Positions 45,471 to 64,000 of a stretch of 64,000 bases of DNA are shown piece by piece. This stretch comes from the human T2T-CHM13v2.0 reference genome, Homo sapiens. The notes below the pieces were generated by a model. It had not been told where the DNA came from and did not search any database. It was given only the letters and a program-made list of their open reading frames with translations. The translations under genes were made by a program, and so were the position numbers. Position 1 is the stretch's first letter, and the number at the start of each line of letters is the position of its first letter. Location: NCBI RefSeq assembly GCF_009914755.1, contig NC_060936.1. One strand, 5' to 3'.

Positions 45471-47745
45471 CACCTTCTATAGGCTAAAAACGGGGCAGAG
45501 GAGGGGGATTGGACGGGCCGTTCATCTCTGTGCCGGTGCCCCCGGGAAGCCTGCCCTGCTGTTTAACCTTAGGCAAATGACGAACCTCTCCCAGCCTCAG
45601 TTTCTTGACAGATACAGTGAGCGTGACAGGAGCTACTTGGCAGGGCAGCTTGGAGGGCAGGAGAAGCTGTGTCTGGAGACTGGTTAGACTGGTGCCTGTT
45701 TAAATATTAGCACCGGTTAGCATCACCGTTGTTTTGGGCTAAGACTGGGCATACGGGAAAAAGGCTCACAGCTTCATAGCTAGTGCGTCCACAGAGCAGG
45801 ATTCTCTTTTCTTCCTCTTGCCCCTCTTGGGATGGTTTCCTGGCTAGGCTCCCCACCCGGAGGCCCTTCTTGGTACCACTAAGCCTGCAGCTGGGCATGG
45901 CCAGCATCCTCTAGGGTTCTGGGTCCAGCTCTGCCACTCACGGGCTTTGTGACCTGAAGTGGATCCCTGGGCCTCTCTGTCTGTCTCCTCACCTTTTCCA
46001 CAGGCTCCAGGACATCTACTCCACCAGTACTCCTTGGGCGTTTGGAGGCTTTGGTGAGGCAGCAGGAGAGTTGGAAGCCTCCTTCTGCTGCCTTCAGGCC
46101 AAGAGGCTGTGCCTGGTTAGGACTGTCCTCTATCAGGTTTGAACCAGGCTAGGAAAGAGGTAGTCAGAGTTAATTTTGGCTCGAGTGGGCTTGGGTTTGG
46201 ACCTCACTCCAGTGCTTGCCGTCTGTGTGATCTGTAAAATGGGAAGTGGTACTGTCTTAGTGTGGGTTGGCCCAGAAGAGACCCCCAAGACAAGCATTTT
46301 AGTGCCAGTAGTTTATTTAGGAGGTGATCCCAGGAGACACTGGTAGTGGAATGGGAAGTGAGGCAAGAAAGCATTATCCTGTGGGTAGTTGGAGCTCAAT
46401 ACTGCTAGGGAATGAGGGGACAGCGTAGAACATGCCTCAGAGTTATCCCACCTGAGGGTGAGGGAGCTGGGGTATTTATCCACCATTTGCTATCAGTTGG
46501 GGCAGTTGAGGACTGACCCCAGAGGGTGTTAATTGCTCCACCCTTCTGATCTGCACCTTGCACCAGCAGAGTAGATGCTGGTGGCTTGATAAAGCCCCCC
46601 AGGAACACCCAGAGTGGCGGGTTCTGGTAGTTGGAAGTCATGCCGACAGGGATGTGGTAAGTGCACCTGCTTTAGGAACCAGTTCTGTAGTGTCCAAGAA
46701 TCCAGAGCGATCATCTATGCAAAATGCCTGCAAGGTTATAAGTTCCCAATAATTAGTCTCTGCCTAGTGCTGAATAATGATCCCCAAAGATGTTCATGTC
46801 CTGGTCTCCAGAGCCCGTGAATAAGTTACCTTACAGAAGGGACTCTGCAGATGTGATTAAGACTCTTGAGATGGGCCGGGTGTGGTGGTTCATGCCTGTA
46901 ATCCCAGCACTTTGGAAGGCTGAGGTTGGAGGATCGCTTGAGCCCAGGAGTTCAAAACCAGCCTGGGCAACATGGCGAAACCCCCTCTCTACAAAAAATA
47001 CAAAAATTAGTCGGGCCTGATGGCATGCATCTGTAATCCCAGCTACTCGGGAGGCCAAGGCAGGAGAATTACTTGAACAAAAGAGCAAAACTCTGTCTCT
47101 AGATGGAGTCTTGCTATGACCAGTCCTAGCTGGTCTCAAACTCCTAAAGTCTTTGTCCTTGACCCCAACAGGGAAGGTCCCATGTACCTCCCAGTGTCAC
47201 ACAGACTTATCCAGTATGGGAACAGAAATGGCCGCTGGGTGCAGTCTATCTTCATAAAAGGGAGGGAACCCCCCCGAATCTCCTCCATTTCTCTCCCTAA
47301 ACTGGGAGATGATTTCACCAACTGTAAGGGCCCTGGGGGCAAAATGAAAGGAGGATGCAACTGCTTTGAAGCTTTGTGGCCCTACTTTGTGGTCACAGAC
47401 AACAGTCACTCTCTGCCCACACCTTGCTGAACCTTTGCTCACAGAGTTCGTCTCAAGAGAGTCAGGAACAGACCCTGGAATCTCAGGGCCTCAGTTCAAA
47501 TCTGGCTCTGCCTCTTCCCGGCTGTGGGACTGTGGGCAAGTCAGTTGTTCTCCTGAGCTGACACTCCCCACCTGGAGAGCAGGGAGAAGACATGCACCTC
47601 CCGTGCAGGGCTGCTGAGGACACTAGCTGAGGACGGTGCCTGAGAGTAGCAGGGCAGTGTACGGTGTCCGTCATGACTTCGGCAGCACCAGAGAGCGTCC
47701 ACAGTCTCAGAAGCACAGCTCTGAGGACATCAGAGGTCAACATGA

Positions 47746-48765
<1,020 letters not shown>

Positions 48766-49040
48766 GAAAAAAATTGCCAAAGACAGAGCCTTTGTCAGTG
48801 CCTCCTCAGACAGACTGGCAGTGGTGGGGAAGCCCTCAGAGGGGCGTCTGTCACTGACTCTCTCACAGAGTTCTTTTCCCTGGGGATGCTCACATGGTGG
48901 GTCGGCCTCTCCACTTCACAGATTGCAGGGCTGAGGCCAGTGGGGCTCTGATAATCCCCACACAGCGGTCTGCCGGCCCTCCATGCTGACCAGGTACAGC
49001 ATGCTCCACAGCCCGGGTCTGTCGCCTTCAAAGCTGGATC

Positions 49041-49631
49041 GGCCCAGCCCCGCGCTGTGGTCACCATGGAGGAGGACGGCCCAGCCCCGCGCTGTGGTCA
49101 CCATGGAGGAGGATGGCCTAGCTCCACGCTGTGGCCACCATGGAGGAGGACGGCCCAGCCCCGCGCTGTGGTCACCATGGAGGAGGATGGCCTAGCTCCA
49201 CGCTGTGGCCACCATGGAGGAGGACGGCCCAGCCCCGTGCTGTGGTCACCATGGAGGAGGACGGCCCAGCCCCGCGCTGTGGTCACCATGGAGGAGGACG
49301 GCCCAGCCCCGCGCTGTGGTCACCATGGAGGAGGATGGCCTAGCTCCACGCTGTGGTCACCATGGAGGAGGACGGCCCAGCTCCACGCTGTGGTCACCAT
49401 GGAGGAGGACGGCCCAGCCCTGCGCTGTGGTCACCATGGAGGAGGACGGCCTAGCCCCGTGCTGTGGTCACCATGGAGGAGGACGGCCTAGCTCCACGTT
49501 GTGGTCACCATAGAGGAGGACGGCCCAGCCCCGTGCTGTGGTCACCATGGAGGAGGACGGCCTAGCCCCGTGCTGTGGTCACCATGGAGGAGGACGGCCC
49601 AGCCCCGCGCTGTGGTCACCATGGAGGAGGA
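49041..49631. repeat. 37-bp minisatellite, about 16 copies (GGCCCAGCCCCGCGCTGTGGTCACCATGGAGGAGGAC)
   Basis: Directly visible tandem array with two main unit variants; no spacers. Confidence 0.97.
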
Positions 49632-49848
49632 AAAGGAGTTCTTCAGTTAGTGTTACAGACAATATGGCCCACTGGGATTTTTTTATATATGTAACAAAGT
49701 TTACAGATGGTTTAAGGGGACACAGGGAGTTTATAGCTTAACACTGCAGACAACCTAAAATAGAACATAGAGTGTCTACTGTTTTTTTTTTTTTTTTCTG
49801 AGGTGGAGTCTCGCTCACTCCCCTCGGCCTCCCAAAGTGCTGGGATTA

Positions 49849-51498
<1,650 letters not shown>

Positions 51499-51532
51499 CT
51501 CTAACATCACAGACGGTAGGGCCCATAGGTAA

Positions 51533-52950
<1,418 letters not shown>

Positions 52951-53725
52951 GGTGACCCATTGTTCTGCCTTCAGTTAAGTCTTGATCCAAGTGCTCTCCG
53001 TCTCTCACTTCTGCCTTCTGTGTTGTGTTTATCTCAGGCTGCTATTGGGGCACCCAGCAACTCCAGGCTCATGTCACTATTTATAGCATTCCCAGCAAAC
53101 GGAGCACATTCCTCTCTTCCAAGACTCTCACTGGGTCGCACTGGCTATGTCCAGGTGCAGAATGGATCATGTAGCTATCCCTGAACCAGTCACTGTTGCC
53201 AGGGATTGCAGTGCTGTGACTGGCCAGGCTGGAGCCTCACACCCACCCTGATAGCCGTCACTGGGAGCGGAGAAGCTGAGTGTCAGGAGAGGAATGGTTC
53301 CTCAGAGGAAAACTGGGAGACCGTTACTAGGAGGATGGACGGGTTTTGGTGACAAGAGTGGGTGGGTGGTCTTCTACGGGGAGATAGAGGGGAGAGTGGA
53401 CAGGTGAAGAGGATATTAGGCCAAACCTGCCCCACCAGAGAGATGATGCTGGGGAGGACAGAGGCCGGGCTAGGAGTGTGGACTCCTGGGTTCCGGTCCC
53501 AGTGCAGTCACTGAGCAGCCCTGTGACCCTGGGCAAGCCATGTATCCTCTTTGGACTGTTTCAGAGTCCCACGGGGGAGTGGGTGTGTCACAGTGGTGCT
53601 GAGTGAGTCCAGGCAAGACTGGGGGTTCCCTTGGCCCCCATCTCTGAAGGGCTCTGAGTGCGAGAAGCCCTGTTGTTTTCTCTCAGTCTCTTTCCTGCCC
53701 TGCCTGCCTCTAAGCTGAGTCTTGA

Positions 53726-54003
<278 letters not shown>

Positions 54004-55070
54004 TAGTAGAGATGGGGTTTCACTGTGTTAGCCAGGATGGTCTCGATCTCCTGACCTCGTGATCCGCCCACCTCAGCCTCCCAAAGTGCTGGGATTACAG
54101 GCGTGAGCCACTGCACCTGGCCGAGATGGAGTCTTGTTCTGTGGCCTAGACTGGAGTGCAGTGGCACCATCTCAGCTCACTGCAACCTCTGCCTCCCAGT
54201 TGAAGCGATTCTTCTGTCTCAGCCTCCCGAGTAGCTAGGATCACAGGTGCGTGCCACCACGCCCAGCTAATTTTTGTATTTTTAGTAGAGACTGGGTTTC
54301 ATCATGTTGGCCAGGCTGGTCTCAAACTCTTGACCTCAAGTGATCTGCCCTCCTTGGCCTCCCAAAGTGTTGGGATTACAGGTGTGAGCCACCGCGCCCT
54401 GCCAACGTGCCATTCCGGTTCCTGTTCTTTCCTGAAACAAAAAGTAACAAGCTCCTGCTTCCTCCTTCCTCCTGGGAACTAGTGAGGAACACCCAGGAGC
54501 TGCGCAGCCCCCACCGCCTAATGTGCCACCTTCCCACTTGTTTGCCTTGTGGTTTCGTATGGCAGGTCCCTGCCCTACACTGAACGTAGAGCCTGGAGGT
54601 AAGGAGAGCCCCCCTCCTGCCTGGCCTCCTGAGGGCAACAGGAAGTTTCACGAATGCAACCTTGTAGCTGCACACAGCCATTTAGAAAACATCAGTGTGT
54701 AGGCCAGGCATGGTGGCTCACGCCTGTAATCCCAGCATTTTGGGAGGCAGAGGTGGGCAGATCACTGGAGCCCAGGAGTTCAAGACCAGCCTGGGCAACA
54801 AAATAAGATTTCATCTTTACCAAAAAAAAAAAAAAAAAATTAGCTGGGCATGGTGGTGTGTGCCTGTAGTCCCAGCTAATTAAAAAATTAACCAGGCATG
54901 GGCCAGGTGCGGTGGCTCATGCCTGTAATCCCAGCACTTTGGGAGGCCAAGGCGGTGGATCACCTGAGGTCAGGAGTTTGAGACCAGCCTGACCAACATG
55001 GGGAAACCCCATCTCTCCTAAAAATACAAAATTAGCCGGGCGTGGTGGTGCATGCCTGTAATCCCAGCTA

Positions 55071-55190
<120 letters not shown>

Positions 55191-55716
55191 TTAGCCAGGC
55201 ATGGTGGTGTACACCTGTAGTCCTAGCTACTCAGGAGGCTGAGGTGGGAGGATTGTATGAGCCCAGGAGGTTGAGGCCACTGCACTCCAGCCTAGGCAAG
55301 TGAGACCCTGACTCAAAAAAAAAAAAGTGCTCTGGGGCATGTGATGCCTCTAGCAATCATTAACACTTTAGTAAGAGTTACTCTGGGCAGCTTTTTATTC
55401 TAATGTGACGCTGTGGATGGGGGGCGACCAGAGAGATGGGAGCAGCACTGAGTGGAGGTCTCTGCAAGTGTGGGACTCTCCAGCAAAACAGAGAGGGCTG
55501 CTAACAGGGCAAAAATGGACTTCCAAAGCCAGCCTCCCTTGCCTAACAGTTTAGCAGGAGCTGTTCAGAGTTCCTGGAGTTCACTCTCTGACAGGAGAGC
55601 AGGGATGGTTGTCCCTGAGCTTGCAATTCAAAGCTTCGTGTGAGTCTGCTCTACCCTCCATCTGCCATTCATCAGACATTTATTGAGTGTCTCCTAAGTA
55701 CCAAACACTGAACTAA

Positions 55717-55950
<234 letters not shown>

Positions 55951-56265
55951 TAGCTAATTTTTGTATTTTTAGTAGAGATGGGGTTTCACCGTGCTGGCCA
56001 GGCTGATCTTGAACTCCTGACCTCAGGTGATCTGCTCACCTCGGCCTTCTGAAGTGCTGGGATTAGAGGCATGAGCCACTGTGCCCAGCCCCGAGTTTTT
56101 TTTACTAAGGACCTTTTATGGCATATATGGTTCAAGGAATTTGAGGTTGCAATGGAACCATTCCTCCAGGCCTGTCTCCCCTTGGTGGTCTGAGGCAGGG
56201 GTTTGAATGGGCAAGTGGAGTCTGGAATGGGGCCTCTGGGCCCAAATAGATGCATTATCTTCTAT

Positions 56266-56319
56266 TTAGGTTAGTCTAAAAGTATTTGTGTTTTGCAGTC
56301 ATTTTTTGCACCAACCTAA
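56266..56319. mobile_element. MADE1 (mariner-derived MITE), internally deleted
   Basis: Inverted termini ttaggttagtctaaaagta ... ttttgcaccaacctaa with a TA flank. Confidence 0.8.
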
Positions 56320-57693
56320 TAGAAGGACTACAGGAGCTGGGGCCAGCTTGTCGGGGAGGGAGCAAGGCAGGTGGGCTAAATCCGAGTGACTCATACTTGT
56401 GACTCATCTTCCACATCTGTTGGAGATTTAGCCTCCGCCCTCCTCCAGCTCCTCCTCAGGGCTGATTGATCCTGGGGGCAGGCAAGGGAGATGCCTTGGA
56501 GGCCTCCCCTCCTGCTTGGTTCTTTACCAGGGAGTAGCTCAGAAGCCCTTGCAGGAGAGCCTGTGTGGAGGCGGTGGGAGGTGAGACTGGGATGAACTCT
56601 AGTTTCTCATCCCTGAAGCATCCACTCACTCGGGGCTGGTGCGCGCCGTCAACACCCCACAGTCTTTGCTGAAGTGACCCAAACCCAAGTTCTGCGTGAG
56701 GAAGGGTCCTGGGGCCATCACGGCATTCTAGAGACGGCGTCGCTGAACCCTACGGGCCTCCTGGGGGCCTGCTGCCCTGTTTTGTCTGATGGAGGCGCTT
56801 TTGTCCAGTTCTGGCTGCACCTGAGATTTGAATTGGGATAGGAGGTGTGGTCAGGGGAGCAGGTAGGGGTGGGGACTTCCTCATCGAGATATGAAGCCAC
56901 CCTCGGTTTGTGTCTGGTGCCTGCCAAGTGAGATGCCACTCATCAGCTCAGCATAATAAGCAAGTCAGCTCTTGTAAACTTGAAAATGATGGAAAACCAT
57001 CCCATAGGGACTAAACCTGAAGGGGTCTTATGGGCCCATGTAACTGGGAATTTCCATTCAAGGAGGTCAGGAGGGCTCAGGAGGTGTTCATGGCCCGGCT
57101 CCAGCTCCCTGTTCTGTTTTCCCCTGCGATGGCCCCCAGCGGCCCCCAGGCAGGCCTCCCACCAGCAGTAACCCCTGGGCTGACAGACCTCCCTCCACCC
57201 CAGTTGGAATCTTGACACAGACTTCTGATTGGCCAGGCTTGGGTGACCTACTGATCTCTGAGAGCCAGTCACTGTTGCCAGAGGACTGCAGAGGGTCCTG
57301 ATTGGTTGGCTGGGGGTCATGTGCTTGGGTATAAGACTGTGGTCTATCCCAGCCACCCAGACTGAGTGTGGGGGTGAGGTGGTTCCCCACAGGGGCAAAG
57401 CAGAGGCCACCCAATGAGGATGGGCTGTGATCAGCAACTGGGCAAAACAGCCGATGTCTATTACAGTTAGTTCTGGGCCAGAATGAGTAATGACTCGGTG
57501 ATCATGTTTGGTTTTCTAGGGAGCCAGCCTAGGGTGCCTGCCTCCAACTGGCTTTTCTAGGAGGGATCCTCAGTGGAGAAGCCATTCCCCACTGTCTAGA
57601 TGGCCCAAGGCACAGAGCCAGGAGTGGCCTGGGGTTCACAGTGGCTGGTGCACATATCTCCTGCACACTCACAGCCATGTTAATGTGTCCTGA

Positions 57694-58026
<333 letters not shown>

Positions 58027-59419
58027 TAGCCAGGATGGTCTCGATCTCCTGACCTGGTGATCTGCCCGCCTCGGCCTCCCAAAGTGCTGGGATTACAGGC
58101 GTGAGCCACCGCGCCCAGCTGCCCCTGCAAGCTTTAACTTCTGTGGTGAAATGAGCCCAGAGAGTGACTGCAAATGGGTGTAGGTTTCTTTCTGCAATGA
58201 TAAAAAGGTTTTAAAACAGATTCTGGTGACAGTTGCACAACTCTGTGAATATACTAAAAGCCACTCAGTTGTGCACTTTCAGTGAGTGAATTGTACGGTA
58301 TCTGAATCACATCACAGTAAAATGGCTACATAAACACATGTGCACACAACCAGCCCAGAGCCCCGGGGTGTGCAGATGGACGCCTGGGCTTGTGAATGCC
58401 GGGCCAGGGAAGGAGCGATTTCTAGCCTCACCCGATGTCACTGAGCTGTGTTTATTGGTGGCATCTGTCAGAGCTGGGCTCTGGGCACGGCGAGCTGTGA
58501 AATGAAAAGCTGCTGCTCAGTCAGGCTTGTTGCCTGGAGTCTGTGTCTGCCTCAGGCTGCTCCTAGACAGAGGGCATTTCTCAGGGGAGCTTTGGGAGCA
58601 GGACAAAGGAGTGTGGCGCCTGCCAAGTGCTGAGGGCTGACGTGGCTCTGCAGAGCTCTGGGAAGTTGCAGAGAGACCTCCTGGTTGCTCTTCAAGCTGG
58701 AAGTTGGGGGATCTGGCCAACTGCCTTTGCTGTCAGAAATTTGGAGCCCAGGGGCTTCTTAGACTCTGACAGGCGAGACTAGGATACATGAGTGGAGGTG
58801 GGAGTTTTCTGGGGACAAAGAAGTAGATGGACATCTCACCCTGTCCCCATGACCGCACGTGGCACCTGCAACAATCTCCTGTCACCTCTGCGCTGGTGGC
58901 ATCCAGATTAGCTGCTGCTTTCACCAGCCACACCTCCCAGGCATCATTCATGTCAACATTTATTGAGTGCCTGTTGTTTACCTGGTGCTGTTAGTGCTGT
59001 GAACACAGAGCTGCATAAAACCTTGCCCCTCAGCATAACTCCTGGGGAACACACAGGCTGTTGCTTGAAAAGCCAATTTATGCCCAGAACTGTTGCATGG
59101 GCCGTCAAGGGAAGAGTGATGGTTTAGATCCAGTCTCGTTCTTACGATGTGCGTATGCGAGACCCTGCCTGGAAAAAAAAGAGAAAGCACGTGGGCGTGT
59201 GTGTGGACCCATTTCCCTGCCCAGTCCCAAGAGAGTTCTGGAGGGATGAAGGTTAATGACTGTTCCCACGAGCATCCCCAGCCTCCACCTCCCAGTCCTG
59301 GGGAGGAGGGAGTTGGCTGCTCCTGGGTGCATTTGGCAAGTTGCTGCCATGTGTTTGGACTAGAGGAGCCTGGGGAGGCCAGCCAAGGCCTGAGACACAC
59401 TCTGGGATGTTGAAGGTTA

Positions 59420-60025
<606 letters not shown>

Positions 60026-60371
60026 TCAGCCTCTGCTTCTGTACAGGGCAATGTCATAGCTGCAGTCCTGTGTAAGAATGTCTGGCCAGGCACAGTGGGT
60101 CACGACTATAATCCTAGCACTTTGGAAGGCCAAGGCAAGAGGATTGCTTGAGCCCAGGAATTTGAGACCAGTCGGGGCAACATAGCAAGACCCTGTCTCT
60201 AAAAAAAAAAAAATTTAGCTGGGCGTGGTGGCGCACGCCTGTGATCCCAGCTACTCAGGAGGCTGAGGTGGGAGAATTGCTTGACCTGGGAGGTCAGGGC
60301 TGCAGTGAGCCATGATTGCACCACTGCACTCCAGACAGGGTGACAGAGTGAGACCCTGCCTGGAAAAGAGA

Positions 60372-60375
<4 letters not shown>

Positions 60376-60404
<29 letters not shown>
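60376..60404. repeat. (GT)n microsatellite
   Basis: About 14 perfect GT units after an Alu tail. Confidence 0.95.
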
Positions 60405-60407
<3 letters not shown>

Positions 60408-60789
60408 ATGCATGCTTATTCAACACATTTATTGAGCAGCTGCTTGGAACCCAGGGTCACAGATAGACTGGTGAACAATAGAGACAAGACCCCTGCTCAA
60501 TCTAGAGGTGACATAGGGGTGGGAGAGGGGGCAGATCACAGGAAGAAAGGCACGTAATTGCAGACAGTGATCCATGCCATGAAGGAGGTGAAGTGGGGCA
60601 GTGTGATCCGAGTGGGGCCATCAGGCTGGTTCAGATAAGGCGGTCAGGAGGCCTTTGTGAGGTGACAGCTAGTCTGAAGCTTGCACTTGGACGAGGAGCC
60701 AGGCACGTCAAGGTCTTGGAGCAGAGAGAGCAGCAAGTCCAAAGGCCCTGGGTGAGCCCGCTGGGTGTAGCTGTAGGAAGTACCGCCCG

Positions 60790-61125
60790 CCGAGTGTCCT
60801 AAGCCACAGAGTGTATTTCCTCACAGTTTGGTGCTGGAAGTCTAGAATGGAGGTACTGGCGGGGCTGGTTTCTCCTGAGACCATTCTCTGTGGCTCACAG
60901 ATGGCATCTCCCCGTGTGTCCTCATGTGGCCTTTTCTCTGTGCACAAACAGCCCTGGTGTCTCTCCCCTTCTTGCAGAGACACCAGTCACACTGGACTAG
61001 GGCCCACCAGTGTGACCTTGTTTTACCTCAGTCCCCTCTTCAAAGGCCCTGTCTTCAAATACAGTCACGGACGTTCTAAGGTGCTGGGGGGCTCAGCTTC
61101 AGTGCAGGAATTGGAGCCACTATTC
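60790..61125. mobile_element. MLT1-type MaLR LTR
   Basis: tatttcctcacagtttggtgctggaagtctagaat...ggtttctcctgag...gacaccagtcacactggactagggcccacc. Confidence 0.7.
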
Positions 61126-61188
61126 AGTCTGTAGGAGGCCCTGAGGTGGCAGCAGGCAGGCTTGGCGGGTTCTAGGAGAGCCCACATT

Positions 61189-61291
61189 CCTGGAGGGCCT
61201 GCGTGCTGGGGAGAAGACCTGGTGGGGAGGACAGGAGCCGTGCCTGGAGCGCCCGCGTGCTGGGGAGAGGACCAGGTGGGGAGGACAGGAG
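61189..61291. repeat. Two-copy 54-bp tandem duplication
   Basis: cctggagggcctgcgtgctggggagaagacctggtggggaggacaggag is repeated with few substitutions at 61189 and 61243. Confidence 0.85.
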
Positions 61292-61574
61292 TGAGGCTTG
61301 AAGGCAGGTGAGGCTAGGGGTGTGCTCTGAGGGTTGCTGGAAACCACTGGAAGCCCAAGTGGGAGTCCAGGCTAATCTGCAGCTGGTTTGTGTGGGATGG
61401 TGCAGCCCTGTGGGACAGAGAGGAGGGCACGGTCAGGGTTCCAGTCTGTTTCTTACTCCAAGAAGCCGTCTCTGAGTGCAGAGTAACCCCTGCTGCATAG
61501 GTGGGGCCTCAGCGAGACACATGCCTGCGTTGCTCTCCCCTCCTGAGCACTTTCCGTTCTCTCCCTCTCCCGAG

Positions 61575-61640
61575 AATTAAAGGCTGGTGGGTGTCTCACC
61601 ACTACGTCTCCACATTCCTGTCCGGAGTGATGCTGACCTG
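61575..61640 (+). CDS. TMEM120B: TMEM120B exon 7 ([22 protein letters not shown])
   Basis: Long pyrimidine tract then ccgag|A acceptor, donor TG|GTGAGT; 66 nt; family WxxHH motif. Confidence 0.95.
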
Positions 61641-62155
61641 GTGAGTAGCCCCTCGCTGGGCCCCTCCAGCCTCCCAGGGAGTAGAGCCTGGGGCCCGGGA
61701 ATGGGGAGGGGGCTGATCCAGACAGCGGTGGGGGGTGTGCTCCAGGGCCAACTTGGGAAAGAAAGTATGAGCCTGCAGCTGCGCCGGGCTGCGCGGGCCC
61801 CACCCAGCCCGTGAGGGGTTCTCCAGGGAATGGTTTCGGGTGTCCCTGGCCAGGGCAGAGGTAGCGGGGCTGCAAGGCTGGAGGGAGCGAGTGAGGCTGG
61901 GCACTGAAGGAGACTGCGGAGGACAGAGGGGTCACAGGGAGTTAGCGCTTCTGCACGGCCATGTGGACCCCTGTGCTTCTAGAAAGGAAGATGGGATGAC
62001 CTCGCCCAGCCCCAGGGATAGAAGGGCGGAAGTCTGGACCTCAGTTTGACTTTATACACCTTTTCGCCTCTTCTGGTTGGAATGGAGTTGGGGCGGGGAG
62101 GAATGTCTCATTTCATAGTGGGCCCCACCTTTGTTTTTTCCTACCTTCTCTCCAG

Positions 62156-62217
62156 GCCTAATGGACCCATTTATCAGAAGTTTCGCAACCAGTTCTTAGC
62201 ATTTTCCATTTTTCAGA
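62156..62217 (+). CDS. TMEM120B: TMEM120B exon 8 (PNGPIYQKFRNQFLAFSIFQ)
   Basis: Acceptor ccttctctccag|G, donor GA|GTGAGT; 62 nt. Confidence 0.95.
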
Positions 62218-62661
62218 GTGAGTGACTGTTGCCTGGATTTGGGGGAAGGGACATGGTTTTCTGAGACTTTCACCAAGGGAGGGCCCCAGCTGACATCAAT
62301 CAGTGCTTGCCTGTGTGGCAGGGAGACCAGACTGGGGGAGAGGGTCCCAGAAATCCAGAAGGAGAGCTGTCCCCGCCCCAGGTCAGCTCCACCCACCTCC
62401 CAGCCCCCAGCACTGCCTGCTCCTTCCCCAGGCTGGAACCCTGCCAACTGTGACCTTTGGGAACTGAGTAGCATTGGGGATACCAGCCTTTTTTCCAGTC
62501 CTAAATAAGTCCTCCAAATGGAAATATATATTATTTTTCTCATCTGAAAATTGCTCTGGATTTGTATACTGGTCCCAAGGGTTGCCTCTGGGGAAGGGGG
62601 CTTGAATGCTTGGGGACAGGGAGAGCGTCTTACTTTTCACCAACCTGTTTGTTCCCTTTAA

Positions 62662-63394
<733 letters not shown>

Positions 63395-64000
63395 TGACTT
63401 TTCAGATACTACAACCTACATTTTAAGTTAAAACCTGCTTGCAAACAAATACAAATGTATAAAGCCAAGAATGGAAATTGTATATCAGCCCACCCTAGAG
63501 GTGACGTTAGTTAAGATCTATGTCCTCTCAAAAGTTTTTATTCATAAATAGGTATATACATGTGTGTATTACATTATGTATCTTTTACAAGTATGGGACC
63601 TTTCTGTACATAGAGCTTTACTATTATAACCTGCCTTTTGAATTTTTAACAGTTTATCATGGCTATTTTTCATGTCATTACCACCTCATTTTTAGCAACA
63701 ACGAAGTATCCCATTGGATGGAACTCTGTCTTGTGTCTTAGCATTGCACAGAGCTCCCAACATAGCACTGGCATAGCTTGCATTCCAGCAAGCATCTATT
63801 GAGTGTCTACTGCATGGAAAATTCCAGAAGTTTCAAATCTAGTTGGGGCTTAGATGGGTCCTCACATACCTGTGTTCTCTCTGTGTTCTGGATAAGGGCT
63901 AAAGCAGGTTCAGACCAGAGTGTGTGTGTCTGTTTGTGGTGTGTGGGCGTGGGAGAGGGTTGTAACCAGGGCACCCTTTCTGCTTCTGCCCAGTAAAGAC

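Noticed and set aside
49041-49631. CRISPR-like array (37-bp repeats)
   Set aside because: Head-to-tail repeats without unique spacers, in a eukaryotic intron with no cas genes.
49041-49631. REST/RE1 sites in the 37-bp unit
   Set aside because: Only partial matches (CACCATGGA on one strand, ACAGCGC on the other); no intact RE1 element.

Overview
Primate (human-like) genomic DNA covering the 5' part of TMEM120B on the + strand. It holds a CpG-island promoter/5'UTR and coding exons 1-8 (129-197, 30850-30968, 38977-39093, 41031-41090, 42786-42881, 52310-52399, 61575-61640, 62156-62217). These splice in frame to 226 codons ([30 protein letters not shown]...[39 protein letters not shown]); the remaining exons lie beyond the window. 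The introns are extremely Alu-dense and also contain L1, MaLR/MLT1, Tigger2/3, MER58, MER20, MADE1, a solo LTR9-like ERV1 LTR, a truncated U6 retrocopy and an unidentified retrocopied 3'UTR. The most striking non-coding features are a ~4.4 kb G-rich 20/22-bp VNTR ending 70 nt upstream of exon 3, a ~1 kb C/A-rich tract directly after exon 4, and a 16 x 37-bp minisatellite carrying tandem RUNX and Kozak motifs. The large VNTR has a CpG core with TpG flanks, G4 potential, cryptic donor-like motifs and a stop-free antisense strand with Kozak-context ATGs. Almost all ORFs in the supplied track are Alu or low-complexity artefacts. No new biological system is demonstrated; the best hypotheses concern repeat-controlled splicing of the five symmetric phase-2 exons and antisense transcription or translation across the VNTR.
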